A program made the translations under genes and the position numbers. Under the pieces are notes generated by a model, which was given only the letters and a program-made list of their open reading frames with translations, searched no databases and was not told the origin of the DNA. DNA of 53,653 bases from an uncultured virus (IMG/VR IMGVR_UViG_2806310702_000001) (Duplodnaviria > Heunggongvirae > Uroviricota > Caudoviricetes): the IMG/VR virus record IMGVR_UViG_2806310702_000001; one strand, 5' to 3'. Shown here piece after piece: positions 10,300 to 20,179 of the stretch. Positions within the stretch are counted from its first letter, which is position 1. Each line of letters opens with the position of its first letter.

Positions 10300-10329
10300 G
10301 AAATTCACTCCTTGTTTTTTAATTTACTT

Positions 10330-11172
10330 TTATATTTGTTTTTTATTTAATTCTTTAATATTAGAAATCCAAATAGAATTTTTCATACTTTTCGGATCAA
10401 CGTCTACTGTACAATAAATTTGTTGAGTATTATTTATAGACTTAAAGCATATTACTTTATATGTATGAATTAATTGATAGTAAGTTAAATTTAAATACTC
10501 ATCATAATTAATTAATCGTTTATCAACTATAAGAGCGTTAATCATATCTATGATCCCAATATAGTTTTGTTGTTCTTTTCTCTGTCTACCTTTCATAAGT
10601 TTTTCATATACATCTTTTCTTCTAGCACTCATATTTTTAGGTTTTTCTTTTATTTTAGCAACCTCTTGACAAGTGATAAGACGTATATAAGCACACAACG
10701 TATCAAAATTATCTCTATTAATTATATATTGATCATCAATAATAAAGCCAATATCCTCTTTTAAATATTTTATGTTGGTTGTCTTATAGAATATAGTTAA
10801 GCCAGTAAGTAATAATTGATTGTATTGTCTAACAATGTCAATATTATCTTGTTTATTAGATAATGTTAAAAAAAATAAATCAAGTAGTTTTACTTTGTTA
10901 ACATCGATGTTAGATGTAGCATCTTCCTCGTTCCATAATTCTTTTAACAAAATTTCTTTAGTTAAACAAAATATACTTAAATAAGTAGCAAAGAATTTTT
11001 CACCACCACAATTAATAATATCCTGTATTGTTGGTTGGTGTATCACACCTAATAAATTTTCTTGCTCATTACCTGATATTAAAATATTTTGTTTAAGCAA
11101 TAATTCTAATTCATCAATTTTAATCAATGTATTTACATCAACGTCTTTATTATCTTTATTTAACTCAACCAT
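10330..11172 (-). CDS. Virion assembly protein, hypothetical
   Basis: Long ORF within the structural operon. Confidence 0.55.
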   Translation of the reverse strand: MVELNKDNKDVDVNTLIKIDELELLLKQNILISGNEQENLLGVIHQPTIQDIINCGGEKFFATYLSIFCLTKEILLKELWNEEDATSNIDVNKVKLLDLFFLTLSNKQDNIDIVRQYNQLLLTGLTIFYKTTNIKYLKEDIGFIIDDQYIINRDNFDTLCAYIRLITCQEVAKIKEKPKNMSARRKDVYEKLMKGRQRKEQQNYIGIIDMINALIVDKRLINYDEYLNLTYYQLIHTYKVICFKSINNTQQIYCTVDVDPKSMKNSIWISNIKELNKKQI

Positions 11173-11174
11173 AG

Positions 11175-11702
11175 TTATCTAAAATCCTTTATAAAATATC
11201 TTAAACTATATCCAACCATATCATTAGTTATAATAATATTCCAACTTAATTTATTTAAATCTCCTAATCCTAAACCATACGATCCCGTTAAAGTCTTTTG
11301 TATTTCATACTTAATTTCTAAATCTCTCCTACCTTTATTAATAAGAAGAATATCATTATCATTACTAACTAATATATCTATTTGTAAAGTAGCATCTTGA
11401 AATATTCCTCCTTGCTCTCTACCATCAATCCAATTTACATAAATACGACTACCTTTAACAGTTGTAGTATTTATATCTTTAGGATAAGGATATATATATT
11501 CATTAATAATAGGATTTTGTTTGGTAATTTCAATATCATTAGCTTTAAATGGTTGATTATTCGGAATGGTTAATAACTTTAATAAATTTTGATTCTCCAT
11601 CAATGCGTATACCACATCGAAAAGATATTTATTTAATATACAACTTTCTTTTAATTCTAATCCATGTTTAAATTCACTATCTTTATAAGTTGTAATTGGC
11701 AA
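11175..11702 (-). CDS. Putative tail completion protein
   Basis: Size and position in the neck cluster; TTG start with GGAG RBS. Confidence 0.45.
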   Translation of the reverse strand: MPITTYKDSEFKHGLELKESCILNKYLFDVVYALMENQNLLKLLTIPNNQPFKANDIEITKQNPIINEYIYPYPKDINTTTVKGSRIYVNWIDGREQGGIFQDATLQIDILVSNDNDILLINKGRRDLEIKYEIQKTLTGSYGLGLGDLNKLSWNIIITNDMVGYSLRYFIKDFR

Positions 11703-11719
11703 TTTAAATCAACTCCATT

Positions 11720-12334
11720 CTATTCATCAGCTAATAAAGGTTCTGTATGAAATTCTAACAATCCCATACCTGTTAAATCTTCACTATATAATAAAGATTC
11801 TCTAATTTGCATTTCTCTCTCAGATGTAACAGGTAGACTCTTATATATATAATCATCTTTTAAATTATCATATACGGTTAATAAAAATTGACCTTTAACA
11901 ATATGTACAGAGTCTTTTAATTTATAAATCACATCATAATATTGAAATTGGCTTTTAACCATTTCTAATGTAAGATTTAAAGGTTTATCCACCATCTTTT
12001 TAACTTGCTTATGTTGATCTCTCTCTACAATTTGATCTTCTGTGATCTCAACCTTTTCGGTTTTAGCAGTTATTAAATAAACAGTATTACTTGAATCAAC
12101 TGCAAATTTACCAATACTATCTTTAGAATCTATTCCAGCCATAGGTACTTCTTCTAATTGTACGCCATCATCATCAATTACATCCACAAAATGATTGACA
12201 ATACTTGAATTAGGTTCACAAATTGATGGTAGTGGTTTTAATTTTACCACTGCTACATTTGTATAGGTTACTGTATCTAAAGCTACAATGTCATCTCTAG
12301 TTAAGTGCCATTTTTTCTTTTTTTCATTTATCAT
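11720..12334 (-). CDS. Hypothetical structural-region protein
   Basis: ORF with AAGGAG RBS in the structural operon. Confidence 0.6.
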   Translation of the reverse strand: MINEKKKKWHLTRDDIVALDTVTYTNVAVVKLKPLPSICEPNSSIVNHFVDVIDDDGVQLEEVPMAGIDSKDSIGKFAVDSSNTVYLITAKTEKVEITEDQIVERDQHKQVKKMVDKPLNLTLEMVKSQFQYYDVIYKLKDSVHIVKGQFLLTVYDNLKDDYIYKSLPVTSEREMQIRESLLYSEDLTGMGLLEFHTEPLLADE

Positions 12335-12393
12335 TGTCTATATCTCCTTTCGTTTGCTTTTATTTTTAATGTAATTTTCATTGCTATCTCAAT

Positions 12394-13587
12394 CTATATC
12401 CAAGCCGATATAATCTCGATCTTTTTAATTTCTTCGTTACCTATTCTATTCTTACAATGTAATAAAACGATTCCTTCATCTTGATTATGATTAGCTTGTA
12501 TAGTACAAGTACAATTTTCTTTATCAATTTTTGTAATTTTAGCTAATTTAGTTTCCTTACCATTCTCATCGGTTAAGGTAAACTCACACTTATCATTATA
12601 TGGTTGTCCATTATCTACAAATGTAACTTTATATGTAGCTTTTCTCCCCCATGCAAGTGTTGATTTACCTTCAATTTGAGTTGTAAAGTTATTAGTTTCA
12701 TTTTCTAAAATTTGAACATCTACAGATTTTTGAATTCCTTCATATTCAATTGTAAGTTTACAAGTTCCATATTTTAATCCTATTATTTTATTATCTTCAA
12801 TTTTAACTATCCCTTCATTTGAAATAATATATTTCAATATAGGATTATCAACTTTTGTATCATTCTGGAAGCATTGAATATCAATGGTTGTACTTGTTCC
12901 AAGAGTTGATAAAATTGGGTTTTTATTTAGTATTTTAAAATCATAATGGTTCTGATATTTATAGTAATCAGCTATACCTAATTCAAGATTATCGGTATTA
13001 CTATTAAATTCATCTTGTTCGCACATTATTTTTAGTAACCCTTTATCATCTTCATTTATAAAAGTGACTTTCCAACAATGTCTGTTAATTATTAATCTCA
13101 TATCTTCATATACAGTTTTAGTAATTTCATTATTGGGTAATAAAATACTTTCCTTTGAATTACCCCATTGTATGAATTTATCTTCTTTAACTCCTGTAGT
13201 ATACAATTGTTCATTATTTACTAATGCAATATGAGTTTGTATATTACCATCTTTATCAATCCATTTTAATAAATGATTAAATTTTCTTAATTTAGAAGTG
13301 TTGTAAAATGGGTTATCTTTATCTATATCAGAAATAACAATATAATCATTATCCATATACTTCACCATATATCCTCTATTAATATCCACATCTTTAGATA
13401 AGATTAAATATCTTTCTTCTTTATGTTCATTAGTAGGATTGCTATGGTTTCTTACTATTGCATTTTGTTTATTTCCTTCAATTAATATACTTGTACCTTC
13501 TGATTTTAACTGTTGTTGGAATAATTTATAAGCACTCCATTTAACCTTGTCAACTGTTGGAGAACGATAATTACTATAATCTTTCAT
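12394..13587 (-). CDS. Putative head-closure protein with C-terminal Ig-like domains
   Basis: Position after the adaptor gene; Big_2-like SNEGIVKIE..KIIGLKYGTCKLTIEY. Confidence 0.55.
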   Translation of the reverse strand: MKDYSNYRSPTVDKVKWSAYKLFQQQLKSEGTSILIEGNKQNAIVRNHSNPTNEHKEERYLILSKDVDINRGYMVKYMDNDYIVISDIDKDNPFYNTSKLRKFNHLLKWIDKDGNIQTHIALVNNEQLYTTGVKEDKFIQWGNSKESILLPNNEITKTVYEDMRLIINRHCWKVTFINEDDKGLLKIMCEQDEFNSNTDNLELGIADYYKYQNHYDFKILNKNPILSTLGTSTTIDIQCFQNDTKVDNPILKYIISNEGIVKIEDNKIIGLKYGTCKLTIEYEGIQKSVDVQILENETNNFTTQIEGKSTLAWGRKATYKVTFVDNGQPYNDKCEFTLTDENGKETKLAKITKIDKENCTCTIQANHNQDEGIVLLHCKNRIGNEEIKKIEIISAWI

Positions 13588-13602
13588 ATATATCGTCCTC
13601 CC

Positions 13603-14019
13603 TTAGTTATAATCAAAGTCTTCCATATTATTTAATAGTTCATTGATTTTGTTTTGAGTTCTTGCTAAAGTTGATTCTCTTCCTTGTAATTGCTCCCTAT
13701 AGAATTTTTGACCAACTTCTTTTTGAAATGGTTGCCATAATTCTTCAAACTCAATTAATTCATTTTCTAAATATGAATACCTTAAGCAATAAGCTAACAG
13801 TAGTAATTGGTTGTTATCTAAAAGAATATTCACCCGTTCCTTTTCATCATCATAGTTTAAATTTGTATAAGATTCATCAATTACAGTATTATAATGTATA
13901 ATTGCATTATGTATTAATTGATATTTACCTTCATTTGATTTAGGTAGATTATCTGTATCTATACCACAATTATCAAGAAAACAAGTGAATATTTCATCAT
14001 AGGAAGTATATGAGGTCAC
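13603..14019 (-). CDS. Putative head-tail adaptor
   Basis: Helical 138-aa protein two genes after the capsid gene; GTG start with GAGGTG RBS. Confidence 0.5.
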   Translation of the reverse strand: MTSYTSYDEIFTCFLDNCGIDTDNLPKSNEGKYQLIHNAIIHYNTVIDESYTNLNYDDEKERVNILLDNNQLLLLAYCLRYSYLENELIEFEELWQPFQKEVGQKFYREQLQGRESTLARTQNKINELLNNMEDFDYN

Positions 14020-14038
14020 TTTAAATCACCTCACTTTA

Positions 14039-14566
14039 TTATTTTTCATACATTTCTTTTAAATTTTTATCAAAGAATAAATCAGAATTTTCGTATTCTA
14101 ACCCTGCCCACTCACAGATTACTTTTCTTTTAGCACTAGAATCTACTCCTTCATCAACAGCAATTGCTACAATATATTTTTTTAAATCTTCAATAATAGC
14201 TTGTTCTTTACCATCAGTTAATTCTTTTAATTTCTTCTTAAGAGATAAATGATTTCCTTCAGTTAGTAGATTAATGACCTCTTGTTTAGTCATAGCTATA
14301 CTTTCAGCTTGTTCTATTTCAGGAATGTTTTCCTTCGCCAATTTAACATCTTCATCTTCTGTTTCTTTTATAATTAAAGCTCCTGTTTGAAATACTGTAG
14401 TTTGATTTTGCAAATAATCAAATACTTCAAATGGTACAGGTCTTTCATTCAATATTGAACCTTTTGTACCTTGCCATGTATATGTAGTAGTAGTTCCATC
14501 ATGTGGGTAGTTTACTATAAACGGTGTTCCTTGTTTTCTTATTAATATAACTTTTTTATCTTCCAT
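14039..14566 (-). CDS. Hypothetical head-region protein
   Basis: ORF with RBS directly after the capsid gene. Confidence 0.6.
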   Translation of the reverse strand: MEDKKVILIRKQGTPFIVNYPHDGTTTTYTWQGTKGSILNERPVPFEVFDYLQNQTTVFQTGALIIKETEDEDVKLAKENIPEIEQAESIAMTKQEVINLLTEGNHLSLKKKLKELTDGKEQAIIEDLKKYIVAIAVDEGVDSSAKRKVICEWAGLEYENSDLFFDKNLKEMYEK

Positions 14567-14607
14567 TAATATCTTCCTTTCTATTTAAATTATTTTTTAT
14601 TAGTTGT

Positions 14608-14632
14608 AAAGAAGGGTTATTAACCCTTCTTT
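14608..14632. terminator. Terminator after the capsid gene
   Basis: AAAGAAGGGTTA-T-TAACCCTTCTTT inverted repeat. Confidence 0.7.
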
Positions 14633-14634
14633 GA

Positions 14635-15687
14635 TTATAGTATTATTGCTTTATCACAAATGTAACCCATTGCTTGTCCTGTAAGTAAAGTTACATCTAG
14701 TTTATAGTCTATTTTCATATATACAGTTTCATTTTCTATTGATGGCATATCTTGTGCAGTTCTTAATGCACCAAATTCAGTAATTTTAAATGGTGATTTC
14801 TTACCTCCTGCTAACATAATACCTTCATTGACTGGTAAATCTACTTTAGAATTTTTATCGTCTATAAACGGATTATCAGTAGCTATACAAGTAGTTCTTG
14901 ATACCTTGTCTATATTTACATCTCTTAATAAAGTATTTTTTAACTCATCAGATAAAAATACATTTTTAACTTCACCAACTTCGGCAGAACCTTGAGCTAG
15001 AGCTAGAGCATCTATTAAATTAATATCGGCTATTAGTACAGGTGTTACTCTACCATATCTTAAAAGATTATTTTCTATAGTTCTAAAATCAGTTAATTTG
15101 ATACCTGTACCTTCCCATACTTGTTTTGCAGGAATTTGAACTGCTTTAACTGCTTTTCTTGTAGCTTCCATAATCTTTTTAAATAAATACTTAACCTTGT
15201 ATTCTTGAACATAGTTAACGGCATTTCTAAATTCGTTAACAGGATCAGAAATCATTCTATCTATATTATAATAAACACCGAATTGATGATTTTCTGGTCT
15301 TGCAGGTATTTCTTTTCTATAAGGTGAAACTCTTACAAAGTCTACTCCTGAAGCAGTAGCACTTAAAGCCATAGAAATTCTTGCTTGCTTTTCTAATACA
15401 TATTTTTTTGAATCATATCTACCGACTTTTGAATAATCGGAAATTGCATCTAATATAGGTTTAATTTGTGCTTCAGCTTGTTTATCAGCTACCTCTACTA
15501 TTAAAGCATTAAAACTTCTTAATTCTTCCATGTTTCTTACTTCACCATTTGAAGTAAAAACTTTATTACATAAAGCTTTTATAGCTTCTTCATCTGATAG
15601 TATAGTTTTACCTGTTTCATCCTTCTTTTCGATCATTTTGTTATTGTACACTCTTGTTGCTAATTCTTTCATTTTGTTAAAATCCAT
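14635..15687 (-). CDS. Major capsid protein
   Basis: 350 aa; strong AAGGAGG RBS; order portal-protease-decoration-capsid; followed by a terminator. Confidence 0.7.
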   Translation of the reverse strand: MDFNKMKELATRVYNNKMIEKKDETGKTILSDEEAIKALCNKVFTSNGEVRNMEELRSFNALIVEVADKQAEAQIKPILDAISDYSKVGRYDSKKYVLEKQARISMALSATASGVDFVRVSPYRKEIPARPENHQFGVYYNIDRMISDPVNEFRNAVNYVQEYKVKYLFKKIMEATRKAVKAVQIPAKQVWEGTGIKLTDFRTIENNLLRYGRVTPVLIADINLIDALALAQGSAEVGEVKNVFLSDELKNTLLRDVNIDKVSRTTCIATDNPFIDDKNSKVDLPVNEGIMLAGGKKSPFKITEFGALRTAQDMPSIENETVYMKIDYKLDVTLLTGQAMGYICDKAIIL

Positions 15688-15749
15688 TGTATAATCCTCC
15701 TTAGATTCACGTTTATATTGTGTATATTTTAATTTAATTTTATTTTATA

Positions 15750-16295
15750 TTATTGACACTCTAGTCTTACTGTTTGCTTATCAAAAGCAAATCCAAAATC
15801 AGTATTTACACTTACTACATTAAATTTGTTAACTGACTCAGCATAGCTTGCATGAGCTGATAGTGGATTTGAAATTATATATTTTTTCTTTGTAGCATCG
15901 AAATGTGCAACCATTCCTTGTTTAGCTTCTTTAACTCCCGCATTTAATTCTATTGCAGACGTTTCAAATCTAACTCCTGTTTCAAGTCTTGTTAATCTTA
16001 CCATTTCGTCTTTCGTATTGAAGAAATCTACATAAGTTTCTCCTTCCATAAGTTGTTCTTCCTCAACTGTTGTTAATAAATATCCCTTTTTCTTATGGTC
16101 TGATAATGGCTTACAAGTTAAATTACCTTCTTCATCATATTCTCCTAATTCAACTAATGTGAAATTATCAATTTCATCTTTATCCTCACAAACTAATTTC
16201 GCACCATTAACTATATGTTTTGCCCATATAGTATTTAAATTTCCTATTTCGTGATTTCCTCTTACGGATATAGCTTTGTATAATCTTGTTGACAT
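15750..16295 (-). CDS. Putative capsid decoration/cement protein
   Basis: Likely start ATG 16295 (GGAGG RBS); lies between the scaffold and capsid genes. Confidence 0.55.
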   Translation of the reverse strand: MSTRLYKAISVRGNHEIGNLNTIWAKHIVNGAKLVCEDKDEIDNFTLVELGEYDEEGNLTCKPLSDHKKKGYLLTTVEEEQLMEGETYVDFFNTKDEMVRLTRLETGVRFETSAIELNAGVKEAKQGMVAHFDATKKKYIISNPLSAHASYAESVNKFNVVSVNTDFGFAFDKQTVRLECQ

Positions 16296-16335
16296 ATTAT
16301 TGTTTCCTCCTTCAGCTTTAATTAATTTAATTTTA

Positions 16336-17907
16336 TTATTTTTTAAATCCATAAAATTCTTCGAACTCATCTACAGTTTTATTTAAATTTTCGTTACTTG
16401 TACATGGTTCAGTTATGGAATTTATACTTATTTTAGTATCTGGTATTAATTTATCATCTGATTGTATTGGTACAATTTGTGATACAATCATATTATTTAA
16501 CGCAAATTTAGCTTTTTCAGCTTCATCTTCTTTAGCATTTATAGATTGCTTAATTAAATTTTGCACTTCTTCTTTTCCAAAATCCTCTAAAGCATCTACA
16601 CTTTCAAATTTCTCTTTGTAGTATGTAGTAGCACTATTTAACTGTTTTTGATATTGTTCTTCGTTATATTTATCTACTATTGGTTGCATTTCTTTAACTT
16701 TTGCATTTAAAGAAGTTAAAGTTGCTGTTAATTCATTAAACTTTTTAACTGTAGATTGGTCTTCATCTTGTTTAGATGTAACTTTAGAATTTAATGATTT
16801 AATAGTCTTATCTTTTGAATTTAATTGTTTTTCTAATTCAGCTATTGTATCATTAGCAGTTTTTAATTCGGTTTCTTTTTCTTTTAAAGCATTTGTTGAT
16901 TTTTGAACCTCTGATACGGGTACCCAATCATCAGAATGTTTAACTCGTACCTTTTCATCATATGAAATAGTTATATTTTCATTTTCCATTGTATAAGATA
17001 CTTTATAATTTACCCATTCGTCATTTTCACAAATTTCATATACAAAGTAATTTTCAGTTGGGTATATATCATAATTACTCACCCATACATTCCAATATTC
17101 ATCTGCTGTCATTACTTTACTTAAAGCGTCCATTATCTTACTTCTTATATCTCCTAATGATATTGAATTAAGAGATTTTATAAAAGCATTTTCCACAATA
17201 CCATCCTCCTTGTTTGTAGAATTATTTTGTTTGTTAATTACTTGATTAATAGCTTTGTTCCATGTATTTTTTTCATTTAAACTCAACAATTGTGCTGAAT
17301 CATATGCTGGTTCTATTTCTATGCAATCACCCCTGTTTTCTGAATTTAAAAGTGTATGAGCTGTATATAAAATAGGACTTTGTATATGTTCAATTCCGTC
17401 TATCATATTATAATTACAATATAAAAATTCAACAGACATATGTATTTTGACACCATTGTTAAGCCATTCCATAAGCAATCCTGTAACATCCTGATACTTG
17501 TCATCATTCCAAATAACTATATCGCCATATAATACTCTTTTGGTGTTACCATTTTCATCGGTAAAATCATCAATATAAACATTTTCAATGAAACCTATTG
17601 CAATAGTGTCTGTAATTACTACATCATCACCATTTCTATTTTTACTTTCTTTTTCTTCATGATCTCCTAATGCATCTATACCGTTATTTTCTTCATTGCT
17701 TATGTATTTACACACAATTCTTTTTCCTATTAAAGTATTCATATTCTCGGCACAAACATCTTCGCTAATAATTTGATTATTCCAAGATTTTTCAAAGTCA
17801 TGAATTATAACCGTACCTTTTAATAAAGTAGGATCTTCCTCATTAACTTTAATACTGTTAAATTGTGCTTTAAACGTAGATTTCTTTTGTTTTTTATCTT
17901 CTAACAT
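16336..17907 (-). CDS. Prohead protease-scaffold fusion
   Basis: N-terminal H...MSVE...IEPAY protease-like motifs; C-terminal coiled coil. Confidence 0.7.
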   Translation of the reverse strand: MLEDKKQKKSTFKAQFNSIKVNEEDPTLLKGTVIIHDFEKSWNNQIISEDVCAENMNTLIGKRIVCKYISNEENNGIDALGDHEEKESKNRNGDDVVITDTIAIGFIENVYIDDFTDENGNTKRVLYGDIVIWNDDKYQDVTGLLMEWLNNGVKIHMSVEFLYCNYNMIDGIEHIQSPILYTAHTLLNSENRGDCIEIEPAYDSAQLLSLNEKNTWNKAINQVINKQNNSTNKEDGIVENAFIKSLNSISLGDIRSKIMDALSKVMTADEYWNVWVSNYDIYPTENYFVYEICENDEWVNYKVSYTMENENITISYDEKVRVKHSDDWVPVSEVQKSTNALKEKETELKTANDTIAELEKQLNSKDKTIKSLNSKVTSKQDEDQSTVKKFNELTATLTSLNAKVKEMQPIVDKYNEEQYQKQLNSATTYYKEKFESVDALEDFGKEEVQNLIKQSINAKEDEAEKAKFALNNMIVSQIVPIQSDDKLIPDTKISINSITEPCTSNENLNKTVDEFEEFYGFKK

Positions 17908-17949
17908 TTAATTTATCACCTCCTTTCAATAGTGCGTACTAAAGTATCT

Positions 17950-18330
17950 TTATTTAATGTTATGTATCACAAGTTTACTATCACATATCTTTTGATAGCA
18001 GACAATTTTTTCTTTGTTTTTATAAATTATTCTAAAAATAGCCCTACCATTTTCTATATCCTTAGATATAGATTCAATCGTCAAATTCGTTTCACTATTT
18101 GGTAGCGACCATCCTAGGTGTTTATTTGATTTATAACGCAAACAGGAAATTACAAAACTTTCTTTATTTTCTATTCTGGAAATATATTCTTCAAAATTTT
18201 TGTATTCTATTATTCTATTTGTTATGTCTATACCATTTGCTTCTATATGCGTTTCAACAATATAGTCTATATACTGACCTTGCGAACTTTCTCCCCATGT
18301 ATCAGTAATATTAATTCTATTACTTAGCAT
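17950..18330 (-). CDS. Hypothetical protein flanked by 18-bp direct repeats
   Basis: ATG 18330 downstream of AAGGAGGTGA; repeats at 17915 and 18335. Confidence 0.6.
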   Translation of the reverse strand: MLSNRINITDTWGESSQGQYIDYIVETHIEANGIDITNRIIEYKNFEEYISRIENKESFVISCLRYKSNKHLGWSLPNSETNLTIESISKDIENGRAIFRIIYKNKEKIVCYQKICDSKLVIHNIK

Positions 18331-18536
18331 TCTCATCACCTCCTTTCAATAGAAACACAATTATCTTTCTAAATACCATTTTTTAATTTCATCTTTAGTT
18401 TTATCTTTTAAATTATTGAATAATTCATCTTTTATAACTAACTTTTTTCCATTATTAGATATTAGAATAGAATTATTATTTTTAACTATTATAATGTTGT
18501 TTTTCATTTACAACTTCCTTTCTAAACATTTTGCAC

Positions 18537-20114
18537 TTAGACGCCTCGCTCTTTGCTTTCTATAGTTGCGTCACTTGAATCAGAATCATCTAATTTTGGA
18601 CTTCCTATATCATTTCCATCTTTACCACTAAGAACATTGGTATTTAACGGTGGCATAATCTTTTCTCTTAATTTTAATTTTTCTATTTCATAAATAGATT
18701 CTTCAAAATATTCTTCAGAACTTATACCTAGTATATCTAAAACATACTTAGCTGAATATCCTTGTGCTTCTAATTTAATTAATGTATCAAGTTTCTTTTC
18801 TCTTTCGATAGGAGTGTCTTTATTATATTGAAATATATAATTACAACCTTTTTCTTCACCTAATATAATATCTATAAGTTGATTATATATTTCCTCTATA
18901 ATTTCTAACATAACACCTATTTTTTTATAAAATACATCTAAATTTAATTTAGCTGATGCATAATTACCTTTTGTACCATTTGTTAAAACTTGCGAAATAC
19001 CTGTAGCATTAGTTATATCATTATCGATGGAATCATATTTTTTAGGATCTAATGTTTTATCTCCATTTTTTATTTCTGGGAATTCAAAAGTTGCAAAATC
19101 AGGCATAGCAATACAAGCAATACCATTCTTATCTTTAACGCCTTTTTCTAATGCTCTTTTAACACCTGCTAAAACTTTTCTTTTGGCACTTTCTTTAACC
19201 TTAGAATCATTATCATCTTTGCCTCTAAATTTTAAAACTGCCATAGCTTTTATTATTTTATCTGCTATAGATTGTTCTAAATCTCTAAGTTTTTGTTTAT
19301 GCTGAATATCAAATAAAGTTTGAGTACCATAAGGTATACCTAATCTTTGATTTCTACTTAAAGTATGTATTCTTGCTACCAAAGTTTTACTAATAGGCAA
19401 CATTACATATCTTAAAGCATCTTCATTTTCACCATTATACTCTTTCCATTTTTTATATTTATTTTCTGTTATCAACGGAGATAAATTTTCAAATGTTAAT
19501 TTTCTTTCTAATTCAGACATTTCATCAAACCACTGTAAATCAATAACTGCCACCATTTTTCCTTTTGCTCGCCCATATGGAAATACATATTTTAAATTAT
19601 TGAATACATTAAAATAAGGTTCTCTTTTAGAACCTAACCAAGTACCAATTAAAGTACCACTATGAGCTAATTGAACTAATAAGTCTCTAGTTAATTGTTT
19701 GTGTTGTATTTTCTTTTCTAAATAAAGATTTATTGTAGATAAATCTTCTTTATAATCTTTATCTCTTTGTAACACTTTAATTTGATAATCCAATGGAGGT
19801 AAACTAAATATTAAATCATATAATTGAAATACATTTCCATCAATAATATAATAATAGGTTAACAAATTAACTATGTTATTGATATATTTGTCAGGATTAT
19901 TAAACCATAATTGTAAAGTGTCTAAGTTAACAGTTTTTATCTTACCATTATTACATAAATCCATTACAAAACCATCTATAAAGGCATCAACTACATCATC
20001 ATATGTATTGTATTGTCGTTCTAATTCATTTATATGTTCTTGTAATTGCTCTATTTGCAAAGATTGCTTTTCTATTGTTGTAGATTTATTTTTACTTCCT
20101 TTTGTTCTTGCCAA
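18537..20114 (-). CDS. Portal protein
   Basis: 525 aa directly after the terminase; ITNATGISQVLTNG...NYASAKLN motif. Confidence 0.8.
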   Translation of the reverse strand: MARTKGSKNKSTTIEKQSLQIEQLQEHINELERQYNTYDDVVDAFIDGFVMDLCNNGKIKTVNLDTLQLWFNNPDKYINNIVNLLTYYYIIDGNVFQLYDLIFSLPPLDYQIKVLQRDKDYKEDLSTINLYLEKKIQHKQLTRDLLVQLAHSGTLIGTWLGSKREPYFNVFNNLKYVFPYGRAKGKMVAVIDLQWFDEMSELERKLTFENLSPLITENKYKKWKEYNGENEDALRYVMLPISKTLVARIHTLSRNQRLGIPYGTQTLFDIQHKQKLRDLEQSIADKIIKAMAVLKFRGKDDNDSKVKESAKRKVLAGVKRALEKGVKDKNGIACIAMPDFATFEFPEIKNGDKTLDPKKYDSIDNDITNATGISQVLTNGTKGNYASAKLNLDVFYKKIGVMLEIIEEIYNQLIDIILGEEKGCNYIFQYNKDTPIEREKKLDTLIKLEAQGYSAKYVLDILGISSEEYFEESIYEIEKLKLREKIMPPLNTNVLSGKDGNDIGSPKLDDSDSSDATIESKERGV

Positions 20115-20179
20115 TTTTGAATAGTCACCTCCTTTTGTTTTGATTATTTATTATTTTTCTAATTAGTTTTTGTTGTTAT

